Of a DNA stretch of 62,863 nt, positions 28,953-41,513 are shown in pieces. The DNA lies in contig JABDAT010000004.1 of assembly GCA_013288985.1 (NCBI GenBank), positions 1 through 62,863 on the forward strand, in the 5' to 3' direction. The notes beneath the pieces are model-generated. The model saw only the letters and a list, made by a program, of their open reading frames with translations. It did not search any database and had not been told where the DNA came from. How positions within the stretch are numbered: the stretch's first letter is position 1; each line of letters starts with the position of its first letter. Origin of the DNA: Alphaproteobacteria bacterium (GTDB lineage: Bacteria; Pseudomonadota; Alphaproteobacteria; Rickettsiales; JABCZZ01). A program made the translations under genes and the position numbers.

Positions 28953-28960
<8 letters not shown>
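28637..28960 (-). CDS. atpQ: N-ATPase AtpQ (AtpZ/AtpI-like)
   Basis: GFGMFGLIGWSVTVPTLLG..LGIWLD...GCWNAAHWV. Confidence 0.85.
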
Positions 28961-31858
<2,898 letters not shown>

Positions 31859-31862
<4 letters not shown>

Positions 31863-33265
31863 TTGATTTCCCCCGCGCGTCTTGCTGCAGCTATTTTTAC
31901 AGCCAGCGCGCAGGATAGAAGTTTAGTATATACCGAGTCAGCACGGCTTGTGAGGATAATAGGAACGCGCGCACCTAAAACGATGCCAGCCGCATCTGCA
32001 CCGCCCAGAAAGGTCAGTTGCTTAGCCAGCACATTGCCGGTTTCTATTTCCGGTACGAGAAGAATATCGGCGTCACCTGCAACAAGGGAATGGATTCCTT
32101 TTTCCTCTGTCGCGTGTTTACTGATAGCATTATCAAACGCTAATGGCCCATCAAGTATGCCGCCCGTTATCTGACCCCGGTCAGCCATTTTGCACAAGAT
32201 TGCGGCGTCAACGGTTGCCTGCATCTTTGGATTAACTGTCTCTACGGCAGCAAGTATTGCCACTTTGGGCATTGTCTCCTCACCGTATAATGTGCGCCAT
32301 AAGGTAATCGAGTTCTGGCAGATATCGGCCTTGGTCGCAGCGTCGGGTGCGATATTAATAGCAGCATCAGTGATAATCAGTGGTTTATGATAAGACGGTG
32401 AATCAATAAGGTAGGCATGACTGATGCGGTATTCTGTACGCAAACCTGACGATTGAGGCACAATGGCTGCCAGCAATTCTTCTGTATGCAGCGAACCTTT
32501 CATAATAGCAGCGACTTTTCCTGCGGCAGCCAATTCTACGGCCTTGATTGCCGCTGCATGACTGTGTTCGGTATCAATGATTTCCCACCCTGATAAATCT
32601 ATTTTCGCTTCCTTAGCGGCTACTTTAATTTTATCTATCGGGCCGATAAGCACAGGCACAATTAAACCAGCCTTTACAGCATCGGCCGTAGCCTGCAATG
32701 TGTCTGCTTGCACCGGATGGACGATGGCTGTGCGCAGGGCTTCCAATTCCTCGCAGGATTGGATAATAGTGTGAAATCGGCTGTCTCTAGGAATTATAAT
32801 ATTTGGCAAAGTGGCACGTGCTACACGGAGTTTGTCTTTTGGTGCAAGAACTGTGGCCAGACCTTCAGCGACTATTTCTCCGCGCTGATTTACTGCCTTA
32901 CAATCCAAGGTAACAATCAGCTTGTCGGCGCGCTTATCGCGCACGATAGCGGTCACGGTAATGGTATCGCCGATACGCACCGGTTTTTTAAATTTTATAT
33001 CCTGCTCAAGATAAATCGTGCCAACCCCTGGCATTACCGTTCCAAGTAACGCGGAAATGAGCGATGCTGTCCATATTCCCTGGCCAACAATACCATGGAA
33101 TACATCGCTTTTGGCATATTCGGCATCCATATGCGCAGGATTGACATCCCCCGACATCACCGCAAAAAGCGTGATATCATCCTGCGTTAACGTCCGGGTT
33201 AAAACGTCTTGGCGGCCGACGGCAAGCTCATCGAAAGTGATATTTTCAAGAAATTGCTCGTCCAT
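31859..33265 (-). CDS. Bifunctional MaoC enoyl-CoA hydratase / phosphate acetyl(butyryl)transferase
   Basis: SGDVNPAHMD MaoC motif; DGPLAFDNAIS and PIILTSRAD PTA/PTB motifs. Confidence 0.92.
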
Positions 33266-33333
33266 TGTTGTTTCCTTTGCTTAAATGCATCACCTCATTC
33301 TTCTGGGCATGACATCGGAGACAGAAAATTGAT

Positions 33334-33843
33334 TTAAGCAGCTAAAGGCCGCAGGAATTGCTCTGAAGCAAGCGCAACGCGCCCCTGTATGGATTCCAGC
33401 GTATCAGTACAGGATTCAAATACTATTTCGCGCAGTTTGTTTCCGGTATTGAAGTAACTATCGCATAATTGCTGTGCCACTTTATTTTGCAATTCGATCA
33501 TATCTTTGTATCTGCGGCAGGCAAAAATATCGCGTGAAAGTTCTAGGGATTCTGAAATAGCCTGGTTACAGTTTTTTATTATTTCATTACTCATATTGCG
33601 AAAAATAAAAGAGCTCATATTGCCGGACTCAGCGAGCGCACTGACATTTTCAGAACAGACACTCATGCATTCCACTGCACCACGAGTATAATTCTCAGCA
33701 GAACGAAGAATATTTTCTGCACTCTCCCGTTCTATTTCAAATGTTTTCCCCGCAGCTTTTTGAATAAATTTTGCTGGTTGGGTCGCAGAATCATGCTTTT
33801 TGAGAGATACTGCATTTGTGTGTTTCTGCGCTTGTTTGGCCAT
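33334..33843 (-). CDS. Phasin-like protein
   Basis: Helical protein with DIFACRRYKDMIELQ phasin-like segment, inside a PHA cluster. Confidence 0.6.
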   Translation of the reverse strand: MAKQAQKHTNAVSLKKHDSATQPAKFIQKAAGKTFEIERESAENILRSAENYTRGAVECMSVCSENVSALAESGNMSSFIFRNMSNEIIKNCNQAISESLELSRDIFACRRYKDMIELQNKVAQQLCDSYFNTGNKLREIVFESCTDTLESIQGRVALASEQFLRPLAA

Positions 33844-33944
33844 AAAATTATTCCTTATTATATGTTGAATATTAAAAATGATCACGGTATCGGCACGAGC
33901 CGCAATAATCCAAATCATGTTGCCATTAATCGGAATAATAGAAT

Positions 33945-33958
33945 TTGATCTTAATCAA
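33945..33958. promoter_or_regulatory. FNR/FixK box
   Basis: TTGAT-CTTA-ATCAA, perfect consensus, upstream of the phasin/pta/ack/atp run. Confidence 0.75.
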
Positions 33959-33975
33959 ATTTTTGCGGGGCTAAA

Positions 33976-34746
33976 CTATCCTGCTATAATATTATACCCC
34001 GCATCAATGTAAGCAATGCTGCCAGTCACCAGACGCGCATCATCACTGACCAGAAAACGTGCATACGCACCCACACCATCAATAGAGATATTTTCATGCC
34101 CAGGTGTTTTCTGACGTGCGAGTGCAAGCAATTCATCAAAATGAGCAATACCTCCTGCTGCGCGCGTAGCAATAGGCCCGGGCGACAAAGCATTAACCCT
34201 GATATTCTTCGCACCTAATTCCGCCGCCAGGTATTTAACCGCCCCTTCGAGCGCTGATTTTACCGGTCCCATCAGGCCGTAATGTTCAATTACTTTTTCA
34301 CCGCCATAATAGGTAGTGGTAAGCAGGCACCCGCCATCCTTCATTAGCGGTTCAGCTAAATGGCTCAAATGAATAAAGGAATAGCATGAAATATCCATGG
34401 CCTCTAAAAAGCCCGCACGTGACGCATCAACAACACGCCCCTGTAAATCCTTTTGAGGTGCAAAAGCAATGGCGTGCAGCAGAAAATCCAACTTGCCCCA
34501 TTTGGTTTTGATAGCATCAAATAATGCTTCCGCCTGCGCATCATCACGAACGTCAAGTGGCAGGATAATGGGAGCGTTTATCTGTTCTGCCAGCGGGCAC
34601 ACGTAAGGTGCCGCTTTTTCATTAAGGTACGTAACGGCTACTTCCGCACCCGCTTCATGGAATGCTTTCGCACAACCCCAGGCAATCGAATGTTCATTGG
34701 CGATACCGATTACCAATCCTTTTTTACCCGCCAGAAAAGTGCTCAT
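33976..34746 (-). CDS. fabI: Enoyl-ACP reductase FabI (second-type paralog)
   Basis: GIANEHSIAWG, YGLMGPVKSALE, SPGPIATRAA. Confidence 0.92.
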   Translation of the reverse strand: MSTFLAGKKGLVIGIANEHSIAWGCAKAFHEAGAEVAVTYLNEKAAPYVCPLAEQINAPIILPLDVRDDAQAEALFDAIKTKWGKLDFLLHAIAFAPQKDLQGRVVDASRAGFLEAMDISCYSFIHLSHLAEPLMKDGGCLLTTTYYGGEKVIEHYGLMGPVKSALEGAVKYLAAELGAKNIRVNALSPGPIATRAAGGIAHFDELLALARQKTPGHENISIDGVGAYARFLVSDDARLVTGSIAYIDAGYNIIAG

Positions 34747-34804
34747 TATATTTCCTTAAAGTTTAATCGCATTGATCGAACTAGTAAGACTATTGGACTT
34801 GCAA

Positions 34805-34993
34805 TTAATCCGTGGCTGAATCGCAGGCTTCCTCTTCAGCCTTACTGAGCACGTGATATAAGAATTTTGGGATGTCGCTTATATTTTCAGGAATCTGCAT
34901 CAGATCCGAATCATGAGATAAAGGACCGAATTGCTCTGTTACAGGACTTATATTTTTGGTAATCAACGGAACCGATGTAGGTGTATTTTTCAT
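34805..34993 (-). CDS. Small hypothetical protein
   Basis: AGGAGA RBS upstream of the ATG; 62 aa. Confidence 0.5.
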   Translation of the reverse strand: MKNTPTSVPLITKNISPVTEQFGPLSHDSDLMQIPENISDIPKFLYHVLSKAEEEACDSATD

Positions 34994-35086
34994 GAGATAT
35001 TCTCCTTGTTGCCATTAAAATAATTACCTGTCCCGGCAATCGTAAGATCGCCGGGTCAAGCAAGTATTCGTCTTTAGAGTGCAGGC

Positions 35087-35338
35087 TTAACTAGCTTTGG
35101 CTGTTGGAGCAGCAGCTTTATCTTTGGTGCAAGCGGCAGTGCATTCAGCATCCAGTTTCTTCACTGTTTTTTCAGCATCTTCTTTTTTGACACCTAATTT
35201 CGTAGTTGCAGCATAGAACTTGTCAGGATTGGTTTTATAAAAACCAATTTCTTCATCAGTCAATTTAGTCCAGGTTTTTTTGATCTCAGCGCTTAATTTC
35301 TGAGTGTGGGTATTGCTGTTTACGAGTTGATTATCCAT
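35087..35338 (-). CDS. CsbD-like small stress protein, copy 1
   Basis: IKKTWTKLTDEEI..LGVKKEDAEKTV; AGGAGA RBS. Confidence 0.7.
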   Translation of the reverse strand: MDNQLVNSNTHTQKLSAEIKKTWTKLTDEEIGFYKTNPDKFYAATTKLGVKKEDAEKTVKKLDAECTAACTKDKAAAPTAKAS

Positions 35339-35476
35339 AACGTATCTCCTTGAAGGAAGTTCTGCATAATCCAGGACGGAAAATAAAAGCCTATTGTCGC
35401 TGCCATGCGAGAGAGAATATGAGCGTCTACTCATCTTTTCTCTATGTGGATTTCCAGGGAAAATCGAACGATTTTT

Positions 35477-35490
35477 TTGATGTAAATCAA
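35477..35490. promoter_or_regulatory. FNR/FixK box
   Basis: TTGAT-GTAA-ATCAA, perfect consensus. Confidence 0.75.
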
Positions 35491-35631
35491 AACTAGTATC
35501 GCAGTGCGATGCTATAAAGAGTGCGAGGCATAGATAATGTGGAAGTTATAATTAGAATGCTGCCGCCAGCACAAAGATTGAGCATAAGAAATCAGATATA
35601 TAACGCCGCGCAAGCAAAAGGAATGCACTCA

Positions 35632-36111
35632 ATGGATTCAATACAAGTTCAAGAGATCATGGCTCATGATCTCATCATTATCAGTCCAGAAAAAATGGTG
35701 AACTCTGCCGCAAAACTGATGAAAGAAATGAACTGCGGCTCTTTGCCGGTTGGCAATGGCCCTAAACATATTGTGGGGATGATTACGGATCGGGATATTA
35801 CGCTGCGCGTTACCGCAGAAGGCAAAGATGCTTCTAATATGCCTATAGCGGATGCAATGACCCAGAAGGTTTATAGTTGCGATGTGGCAACGGATATTGA
35901 GGATGCCGCAGAGCAAATGCGCGAATACGATGTCCGCCGTCTTATAGTAACGAGAGAAGGAAGGGCAACCGGCATCGTTACTCTCGCTCAACTTCTTTGC
36001 AATCAAGATAAATTACGTATCAGCGATAAAGTGCTGCATGATTTGCTGAGAGGTAAAAAGAAGAGTCCTGTGAAACACGTTAGGACAATCAAGCCTGAAG
36101 AAGGGTATTGA
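35632..36111 (+). CDS. CBS-pair domain protein
   Basis: VQEIM..CGSLPV..VGMITDRDI..AMT..VRRLIV..GIVT; start chosen from the AAGGA RBS. Confidence 0.88.
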   Translation: MDSIQVQEIMAHDLIIISPEKMVNSAAKLMKEMNCGSLPVGNGPKHIVGMITDRDITLRVTAEGKDASNMPIADAMTQKVYSCDVATDIEDAAEQMREYDVRRLIVTREGRATGIVTLAQLLCNQDKLRISDKVLHDLLRGKKKSPVKHVRTIKPEEGY

Positions 36112-36145
36112 AGTTTGTCATTTCTAGAACTCTATTTACGTCACA

Positions 36146-36359
36146 TAATTCCCTGCCTAATGATTTAAAGTCCCTGATATACTAAAAATATTCCCTGTTA
36201 TCTGGAGCAGGGAATTCTTCTTTAACTCACTGGAATAATGCGTCATATCGACGGCATATTATCCATTCTGGCACCAGAACGCTAATATTCCCTGTATCTC
36301 CCTGATAAACAGGGAATTATGGACAGAGACTGGTTCACCGCAGACTCCGTGCTGCACCA
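36146..36359 (+). repeat. Conserved module right end, copy 1
   Basis: TCCCTG at 36150/36171/36192/36289/36299, CAGGGA at 36208/36310, then GAGACTGGTTC..CAGACTCCGTGCTGCACCA. Confidence 0.88.
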
Positions 36360-36435
36360 TAACACTCACTATTACAGCAATGATTCCAGCATACGCTCTG
36401 TGAGTGGCGGGATTCCCGGACGTTCGGCAGGAAAC

Positions 36436-37041
36436 CTACGCTGCATGCCGCGTTAGTAAGCCCGCCTGTTGTTTCGCCTGCGCCAAAGCAGCTGCCGCCT
36501 TGTCAGGCCCCAGCGCCACACCTTCGATACGGATGACTTCTATGTCGGTGATGCCGAGGAATGCGAGGAACGTGCGCAGATAGCTTTCCTGATGTTCCAT
36601 CGCTTTCATCGGGCCGTCGCTATAGATGCCGCCGCTTCCCAGCACGAGAATCACCTGTTTGCCTTTGAGGAACCCTTCCGGTCCAGTCGGGGTATAGCGG
36701 AAAGTCTTCCCTGCACGCGCCACATGGTCAACCCATGCCTTGAGCACGGAGGGAATGCTTAAGTTATACATTGGCGCTTCCAACACAATGATGTCGCTGG
36801 CGAATAATTCATCTATCAGCTGATTGGACAGCAACAGGCCTGCTGCATCTTCATTGCTGGAAAACATCGCCCCCAGGAACTGCGGACTGACATGCGGAAT
36901 CGATGTTTTTACCAGATCGCGCTCAATGACCTTTGCATCGGGATTCTGGGCCTTCAGCTTTTCCACCGCTACCGCACCTATCTGTCTGCTCACGGAACCC
37001 TGCAGATTGCTACTGGACTTGATATTCAGAATCGTGGTCAT
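36436..37041 (-). CDS. azoR: FMN-dependent NADH-azoreductase
   Basis: APMYNLSIPSVLKAWVDHVARAGKTFRYTPTGPEG, SGGIYS. Confidence 0.92.
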   Translation of the reverse strand: MTTILNIKSSSNLQGSVSRQIGAVAVEKLKAQNPDAKVIERDLVKTSIPHVSPQFLGAMFSSNEDAAGLLLSNQLIDELFASDIIVLEAPMYNLSIPSVLKAWVDHVARAGKTFRYTPTGPEGFLKGKQVILVLGSGGIYSDGPMKAMEHQESYLRTFLAFLGITDIEVIRIEGVALGPDKAAAALAQAKQQAGLLTRHAA

Positions 37042-37134
37042 ATGCCTTCTCCTTTTTTACTATAAATTTATTGGTTATCCTTAGTAATATGGTATATTAT
37101 AGTAACTATTAAACCATCACAAGAAGGCACAATA

Positions 37135-37536
37135 ATGTCAGAAGGTTACACAGATGTTACTATGGCTGATTCCACCCATTCTCAAGGACAATGTTGCGGT
37201 CCTATCCGCGAAACACTGAGCCGTGTCGGCGATAAATGGAGCCTGCTTATTATCAGTATCCTGAGTGATGCGCCATTGCGCTTCAACGAATTGCGCCGCC
37301 GCATCGATGGTATTTCCCAACGCATGCTTACCCGCACGTTACGTGAGCTTGAACGCGATGGTCTGGTGACACGCACCGTCACCCCTACGACGCCGCCAAG
37401 TGTTGAATATGCCCTCAATGATCTGGGGCGAAGTTTGCTGGAGCCGGTCAAGGCTCTCGTTACCTGGACAATGGCCAACTATCCGCAGATCAGCAAATCG
37501 CAGCAGCGTTTTGACAAGCGTCTTAAAAGTATATAG
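37135..37536 (+). CDS. HxlR-family transcriptional regulator
   Basis: GDKWSLLI, RFNELRR, ISQRMLTRTLRELERDG, PPSVEYAL. Confidence 0.92.
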   Translation: MSEGYTDVTMADSTHSQGQCCGPIRETLSRVGDKWSLLIISILSDAPLRFNELRRRIDGISQRMLTRTLRELERDGLVTRTVTPTTPPSVEYALNDLGRSLLEPVKALVTWTMANYPQISKSQQRFDKRLKSI

Positions 37537-37546
37537 TGCATTTATC

Positions 37547-37858
37547 CTATTTCACTGTAACGCTACCCAGCATGGTGGGATGGAGCGTGCAAAAGTATTT
37601 ATACGTTCCCGGCGTCGTAAATGTGTAGGAATAATTGTCGTTCGTATCCAATGCGGCGGAATGAAACTTATTGTTTTCCTCTACTACTGTATGGGGATCG
37701 GCATCATGATTTATCCAGGTAACTTTAGTGCCTGCTGTAATGGTTATGTCTGAAGGCGTGAAAATGTGATCCTTTATTCCAATTTGCTGGTCATTCGCCA
37801 ATGTTGGGGTTGAGATCATGAGAAAGCAAAAAGCAAGAACATATGAGAGTTTTTTCAT
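37547..37858 (-). CDS. Periplasmic cupredoxin (amicyanin/plastocyanin-like)
   Basis: Signal peptide; PHTV; YFCTLHPTM type-1 Cu ligands. Confidence 0.92.
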   Translation of the reverse strand: MKKLSYVLAFCFLMISTPTLANDQQIGIKDHIFTPSDITITAGTKVTWINHDADPHTVVEENNKFHSAALDTNDNYSYTFTTPGTYKYFCTLHPTMLGSVTVK

Positions 37859-37867
37859 GAGAGACTC

Positions 37868-38848
37868 CTAGGATAATGTTGAATTGACAAGTGCCAGGGG
37901 ATGATTGCCTTGCACAGTTACGACATCGGTAATACCTAAGTAGCTGCGCAACTGTTCTGCAGGAACGGTCATAGGTCCTGGTGCGGATGCCGCGCCGGGC
38001 GCAGGTTGTGGATAGGCCGTGCCACGCGCGGTGTGGAAAGTGATATTGCCTTCCACCTTCTGAATCACCTGATGGATGTGGCCGTTTAAAATTGTCACTG
38101 AGCCATATTTTTTGAGCATAGTGATGGCCTGATCGGCGTCTCCTGTTGACCATCCCCAGGGATCATAGATTGTCCACAATGGCATATGCGCAAACACCAC
38201 AATCGGTGTGCTTGTGGGAACCGCACTCAGATCATCTGCCAGCCATTTAAGCTGATCGGTTCCAAGTGTTGCTGGCTTGCCGGGCTGAAAGTTAAACACG
38301 TTGACGAGCGCGATGAAATGCACGCCATGATCGTCAAAGCTATACCAGCCATTGCCTTTGGTGCCCTTGCCGTAACGCTCCAGATAGAGTTTACCGCCGC
38401 CTTCATCCAGCGTGTCATGTTCGCCCGGCACGTAATGCACTGGTGCTGGCAATGTCCCTAGAACTTGCGCGGCAGTGTCGAACTCGGATGCTTTGGAAAG
38501 ATGCGTAATATCGCCAGTATGCAGTATGAGAGATGGCTTCTTTGGGAAGGCATTGATTTTACCGATGGCTTCCTGCAGGGTTTTGATCGGTTCTGGATTG
38601 GCCTCTTTATTAAAACCTATATGGCTGTCGCTGATCTGCACGAAATGGAAATTGCTGGCCAATGCTGTACTGTCGCTCATGCTGCCCGCAGTATCCAATG
38701 CAAAAGCCTTTGGTATACCACCTACCAATGCCCATAACACGCCGGTGCCCGCCCAGGCGGAACATTTGAGAAACTCCCGGCGATCGAGTTCGGGTTTGAT
38801 TAAGGATTGTTTTGTGCCTTTACCGGACTTTGGTGAATCAATTGTCAT
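37868..38848 (-). CDS. Tat-exported metallophosphoesterase
   Basis: RREFLK Tat motif; SDSHIG, HTGD, PGEHD, NGHIH. Confidence 0.9.
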   Translation of the reverse strand: MTIDSPKSGKGTKQSLIKPELDRREFLKCSAWAGTGVLWALVGGIPKAFALDTAGSMSDSTALASNFHFVQISDSHIGFNKEANPEPIKTLQEAIGKINAFPKKPSLILHTGDITHLSKASEFDTAAQVLGTLPAPVHYVPGEHDTLDEGGGKLYLERYGKGTKGNGWYSFDDHGVHFIALVNVFNFQPGKPATLGTDQLKWLADDLSAVPTSTPIVVFAHMPLWTIYDPWGWSTGDADQAITMLKKYGSVTILNGHIHQVIQKVEGNITFHTARGTAYPQPAPGAASAPGPMTVPAEQLRSYLGITDVVTVQGNHPLALVNSTLS

Positions 38849-38895
38849 AAAACTCCGTAGGTTAATAGTTACTTAAAGATTGCACTCACGGTATA

Positions 38896-38975
38896 TAACC
38901 AACGGAGGATCATTTTTATTCCCAACTCATGAAAATATTTTTCTTGGGAATAAAACTTCGCGCATCGGGGTTTCA
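38896..38975. promoter_or_regulatory. Back-to-back ECF-type promoters (GGGAATAAAA...GTT), pair 1
   Basis: Minus-strand GGGAATAAAAA (38923 leftward)..GGTTAT; plus-strand GGGAATAAAA at 38946..GGTTTCAT. Confidence 0.65.
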
Positions 38976-39084
38976 TATATAACCTGTGTTACAGGCAGCT
39001 GAACTATTTTATTCTGGGGGATAATATGGAACTTAGTTTGTTTAAACTGTTACTCATTTTAGTCTCAGAATCTGGCTTCACAGG

Positions 39085-39444
39085 TTATTGTCCTGTTACG
39101 GTAAATTTATAAGTGCCTGGGCTAATGCTTCCGCAATCTTTCCAGAGTACATTCCAGCTGACCTTATATTTTCCAGGAGCCAAGGGCTGACTTGTTTTTA
39201 GCGTAAGCACCGTATCGCCGTCGCTGCCTACCGGCTTGACCGCCATCACTACATTTCCAGCGGCATTAATGATTCTAATATTGCTGGAGGCTGGAACAAT
39301 TACTTGGCTGAACGTCAGCGTCACATGATCCGCTGACTCAACCATGCTGCCTACCTTTGGATCGGCTTTTTCCATGATACCGCAGGCAAATGCGGGCGAT
39401 GCCATAAGCAGGCTGCAGAATAATACAATGGCAACTCTTACCAT
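39085..39444 (-). CDS. CopC-like periplasmic metal-binding protein (Cys-substituted)
   Basis: Signal peptide; ADPKVGS, VTLTFSQ, LAPGKYKVSWNV..YKFTV CopC fold; His ligands absent. Confidence 0.8.
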   Translation of the reverse strand: MVRVAIVLFCSLLMASPAFACGIMEKADPKVGSMVESADHVTLTFSQVIVPASSNIRIINAAGNVVMAVKPVGSDGDTVLTLKTSQPLAPGKYKVSWNVLWKDCGSISPGTYKFTVTGQ

Positions 39445-40340
39445 AGCGGCCTCCCAATGGTGGTAGGGAAAATATTGTCCAGGTAGAAATGCACCTGTAG
39501 CAGATAACCGATGCCGTTTCCCGAATCATGGTTAAGGGGAATCTGCGCCTCCAGTCCCAGTTGTTCTTCCTGTCCCATAAAAATAACGCCGGGGTTGACC
39601 GTGCCGGTTGTCTGATGTGAATCGCCGCCGGTGGGAGTCTGCATGCTGAACTCGACAATAGGTATAGCCGTGCTGAACGGCGCGCCAAGTCCAATATCTT
39701 TTACGTGCTGCTGCAGGTAAGGCAGGCTGTACTGAAGGGTAAATCCCCATTGCAGGACGTTAGGATTAAAATTTGTGCCGGAATCATCGGTGGAGAAACG
39801 CTCGGTTGGCACGTTCAAACCTAGCGTACCCGTGATTGCAAAAGGCTTAAAATAGTCCATGGAATCCGACAAGTCGCCCATCCCCTTGCCGAAAAGCAGG
39901 GATGGGGTCAGCGTGTTGAAATTATTCGCAATACGTTTCGCGCCGGTATTGCCGATTTCCCAAATCAGTTCCGACGAAAGCATAAGTTCATGTTCGGGGT
40001 TTTTCAGAAAAACATATTTTGTGCCGAGATCGTAATTGTCGAACCCCGAGCTTCCACTGGAATCTTGCCAATTTGCATTCGCGGAAATCCCCCAATCTTC
40101 GGTCAGTGTTTTGTCGAATTCGCTTGTTGCGGTGGTCGTCCACGTTCCGGCATTGTTAGAGCGGCCTACCTGGGGCAGATTCAGTTCATCATTAACGCCC
40201 GGATCGTCAATGGTAAGCGTTGCCGGAAATATACGGTCACCGACTATAGCGTGTGCAAAGGCAGAAGGTGCTGCCAGAACAATGGCAACACAAAAAAATA
40301 TGTGGTGTAGCTTAAACAATCTCATATGCAGAATATCCAC
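39438..40340 (-). CDS. Putative outer-membrane beta-barrel linked to copC
   Basis: Signal peptide followed by HAIVGDRIFPATLTIDDPGV; alternating beta-strand pattern. Confidence 0.7.
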   Translation of the reverse strand: MDILHMRLFKLHHIFFCVAIVLAAPSAFAHAIVGDRIFPATLTIDDPGVNDELNLPQVGRSNNAGTWTTTATSEFDKTLTEDWGISANANWQDSSGSSGFDNYDLGTKYVFLKNPEHELMLSSELIWEIGNTGAKRIANNFNTLTPSLLFGKGMGDLSDSMDYFKPFAITGTLGLNVPTERFSTDDSGTNFNPNVLQWGFTLQYSLPYLQQHVKDIGLGAPFSTAIPIVEFSMQTPTGGDSHQTTGTVNPGVIFMGQEEQLGLEAQIPLNHDSGNGIGYLLQVHFYLDNIFPTTIGRPLW

Positions 40341-40359
40341 GACAAACCCTCATTGACCA

Positions 40360-41469
40360 TTAACACTTAAGCAACATGCCTTCTGCCATAAGACCTGGCC
40401 CCAGACCAATGGCAACGAACGGGCCGCGAAGCCCTTGGGCAATCATTTGTTCCAAGACAAACAGTACTGTTGCAGATGACATGTTGCCGTGACGCGATAA
40501 CACATCATGGGAATAACTCAGGGCACTGGGCTTAAGTTTTAGTGCATCGGCAACGGCAGAAAGTATTTTTGGGCCGCCAGGATGAACGGCCCATCCGGCA
40601 ACGTTTTCCAGACCGATGCTGTGTTGCGCCAGCCAGGGCTCACACCAACTGCGCAGGTTTCGTCGGATGATATCCGGTATGCTCTGCGATAGAGTCATCT
40701 CAAAGCCGTGATCACCAATGCGCCATGCCATCGCATCCTGCGAGTCGGGCAGCAGGAGACTGGTCAGGTCAATCAACTGCCCCATACCATTTTTCTGATG
40801 TGGCGGATGGCCGATGACTACTGCTGAAGCGCCATCGGCAAAGAGCGCGTTAGCGACAATCTGCTCTGGTTTCCACCCGTAGGCTAAATGCAGGCTGCAC
40901 AGCTCGACACAGCAAACCAGCACTTTCGCGTTTCTGTCGGCCATCACTGCATCATGTGCCGCAGAAAGCGCATTGAAAGCGGCATGACATCCCATGAATC
41001 CCACATGCAGACGGGTTACATCCGGCTTCAAATCAAGGGAATTAATGAGTGATACATCCAGGCCCGGTGCAACAAAGCCGGTGCAGGAGACGGTTATCAG
41101 ATGTGTAATCGCCTGAGGGGATATGTCAGATTGCGCTAGTGCCCGCGATGCGGCCTTAATACCTAAGGCCGGAGCATGCTGTGCGTAGCGAATCATGCGA
41201 TTGGCGGTAGATGGGCCTTTGTCCGTAGAATTCAATGGTGGCGGATAGAATTCCTGCAGCGTTTTAAGCGCGTGATCTTCGTCAACGAGGACAGAACCGC
41301 GTGTCTGGATGCCGCAGTGATGAAAAACGCGTTCAATCCATGCCTGTTGGCGGGGCGTTGCACAGGCGACGCTGGCTGCAAACTCAAGGGTTTGCTCCTG
41401 TTTCAGGGACGGCGGTGTTGCCGTGCCAATTCCTAACAGTACTGGATTGTCGTTTGAAGATAATATCAT
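40360..41469 (-). CDS. Type III polyketide synthase
   Basis: GFMGCHA (Cys), VHPGGPKIL (His), GNMSSA (Asn) triad. Confidence 0.93.
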   Translation of the reverse strand: MILSSNDNPVLLGIGTATPPSLKQEQTLEFAASVACATPRQQAWIERVFHHCGIQTRGSVLVDEDHALKTLQEFYPPPLNSTDKGPSTANRMIRYAQHAPALGIKAASRALAQSDISPQAITHLITVSCTGFVAPGLDVSLINSLDLKPDVTRLHVGFMGCHAAFNALSAAHDAVMADRNAKVLVCCVELCSLHLAYGWKPEQIVANALFADGASAVVIGHPPHQKNGMGQLIDLTSLLLPDSQDAMAWRIGDHGFEMTLSQSIPDIIRRNLRSWCEPWLAQHSIGLENVAGWAVHPGGPKILSAVADALKLKPSALSYSHDVLSRHGNMSSATVLFVLEQMIAQGLRGPFVAIGLGPGLMAEGMLLKC

Positions 41470-41513
41470 AAATTCTATAGGTTACAGTTTACAAAAATCG
41501 TTATCACATTGTA

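Larger units (their letters stand above)
35026..35491. repeat. ~465-bp duplicated unit (hairpin + CsbD-like gene + promoter + FNR box), copy 1; copy 2 at 45793-46258
   Basis: Co-linear similarity including the CCCGGCAATC..GATCGCCGGG hairpin and the upstream leader. Confidence 0.88.

Noticed and set aside
36325-36359. Additional tRNA genes at the GCACCA-ending repeats
   Set aside because: There is no cloverleaf or D/anticodon arm; only the terminal motif is tRNA-like.
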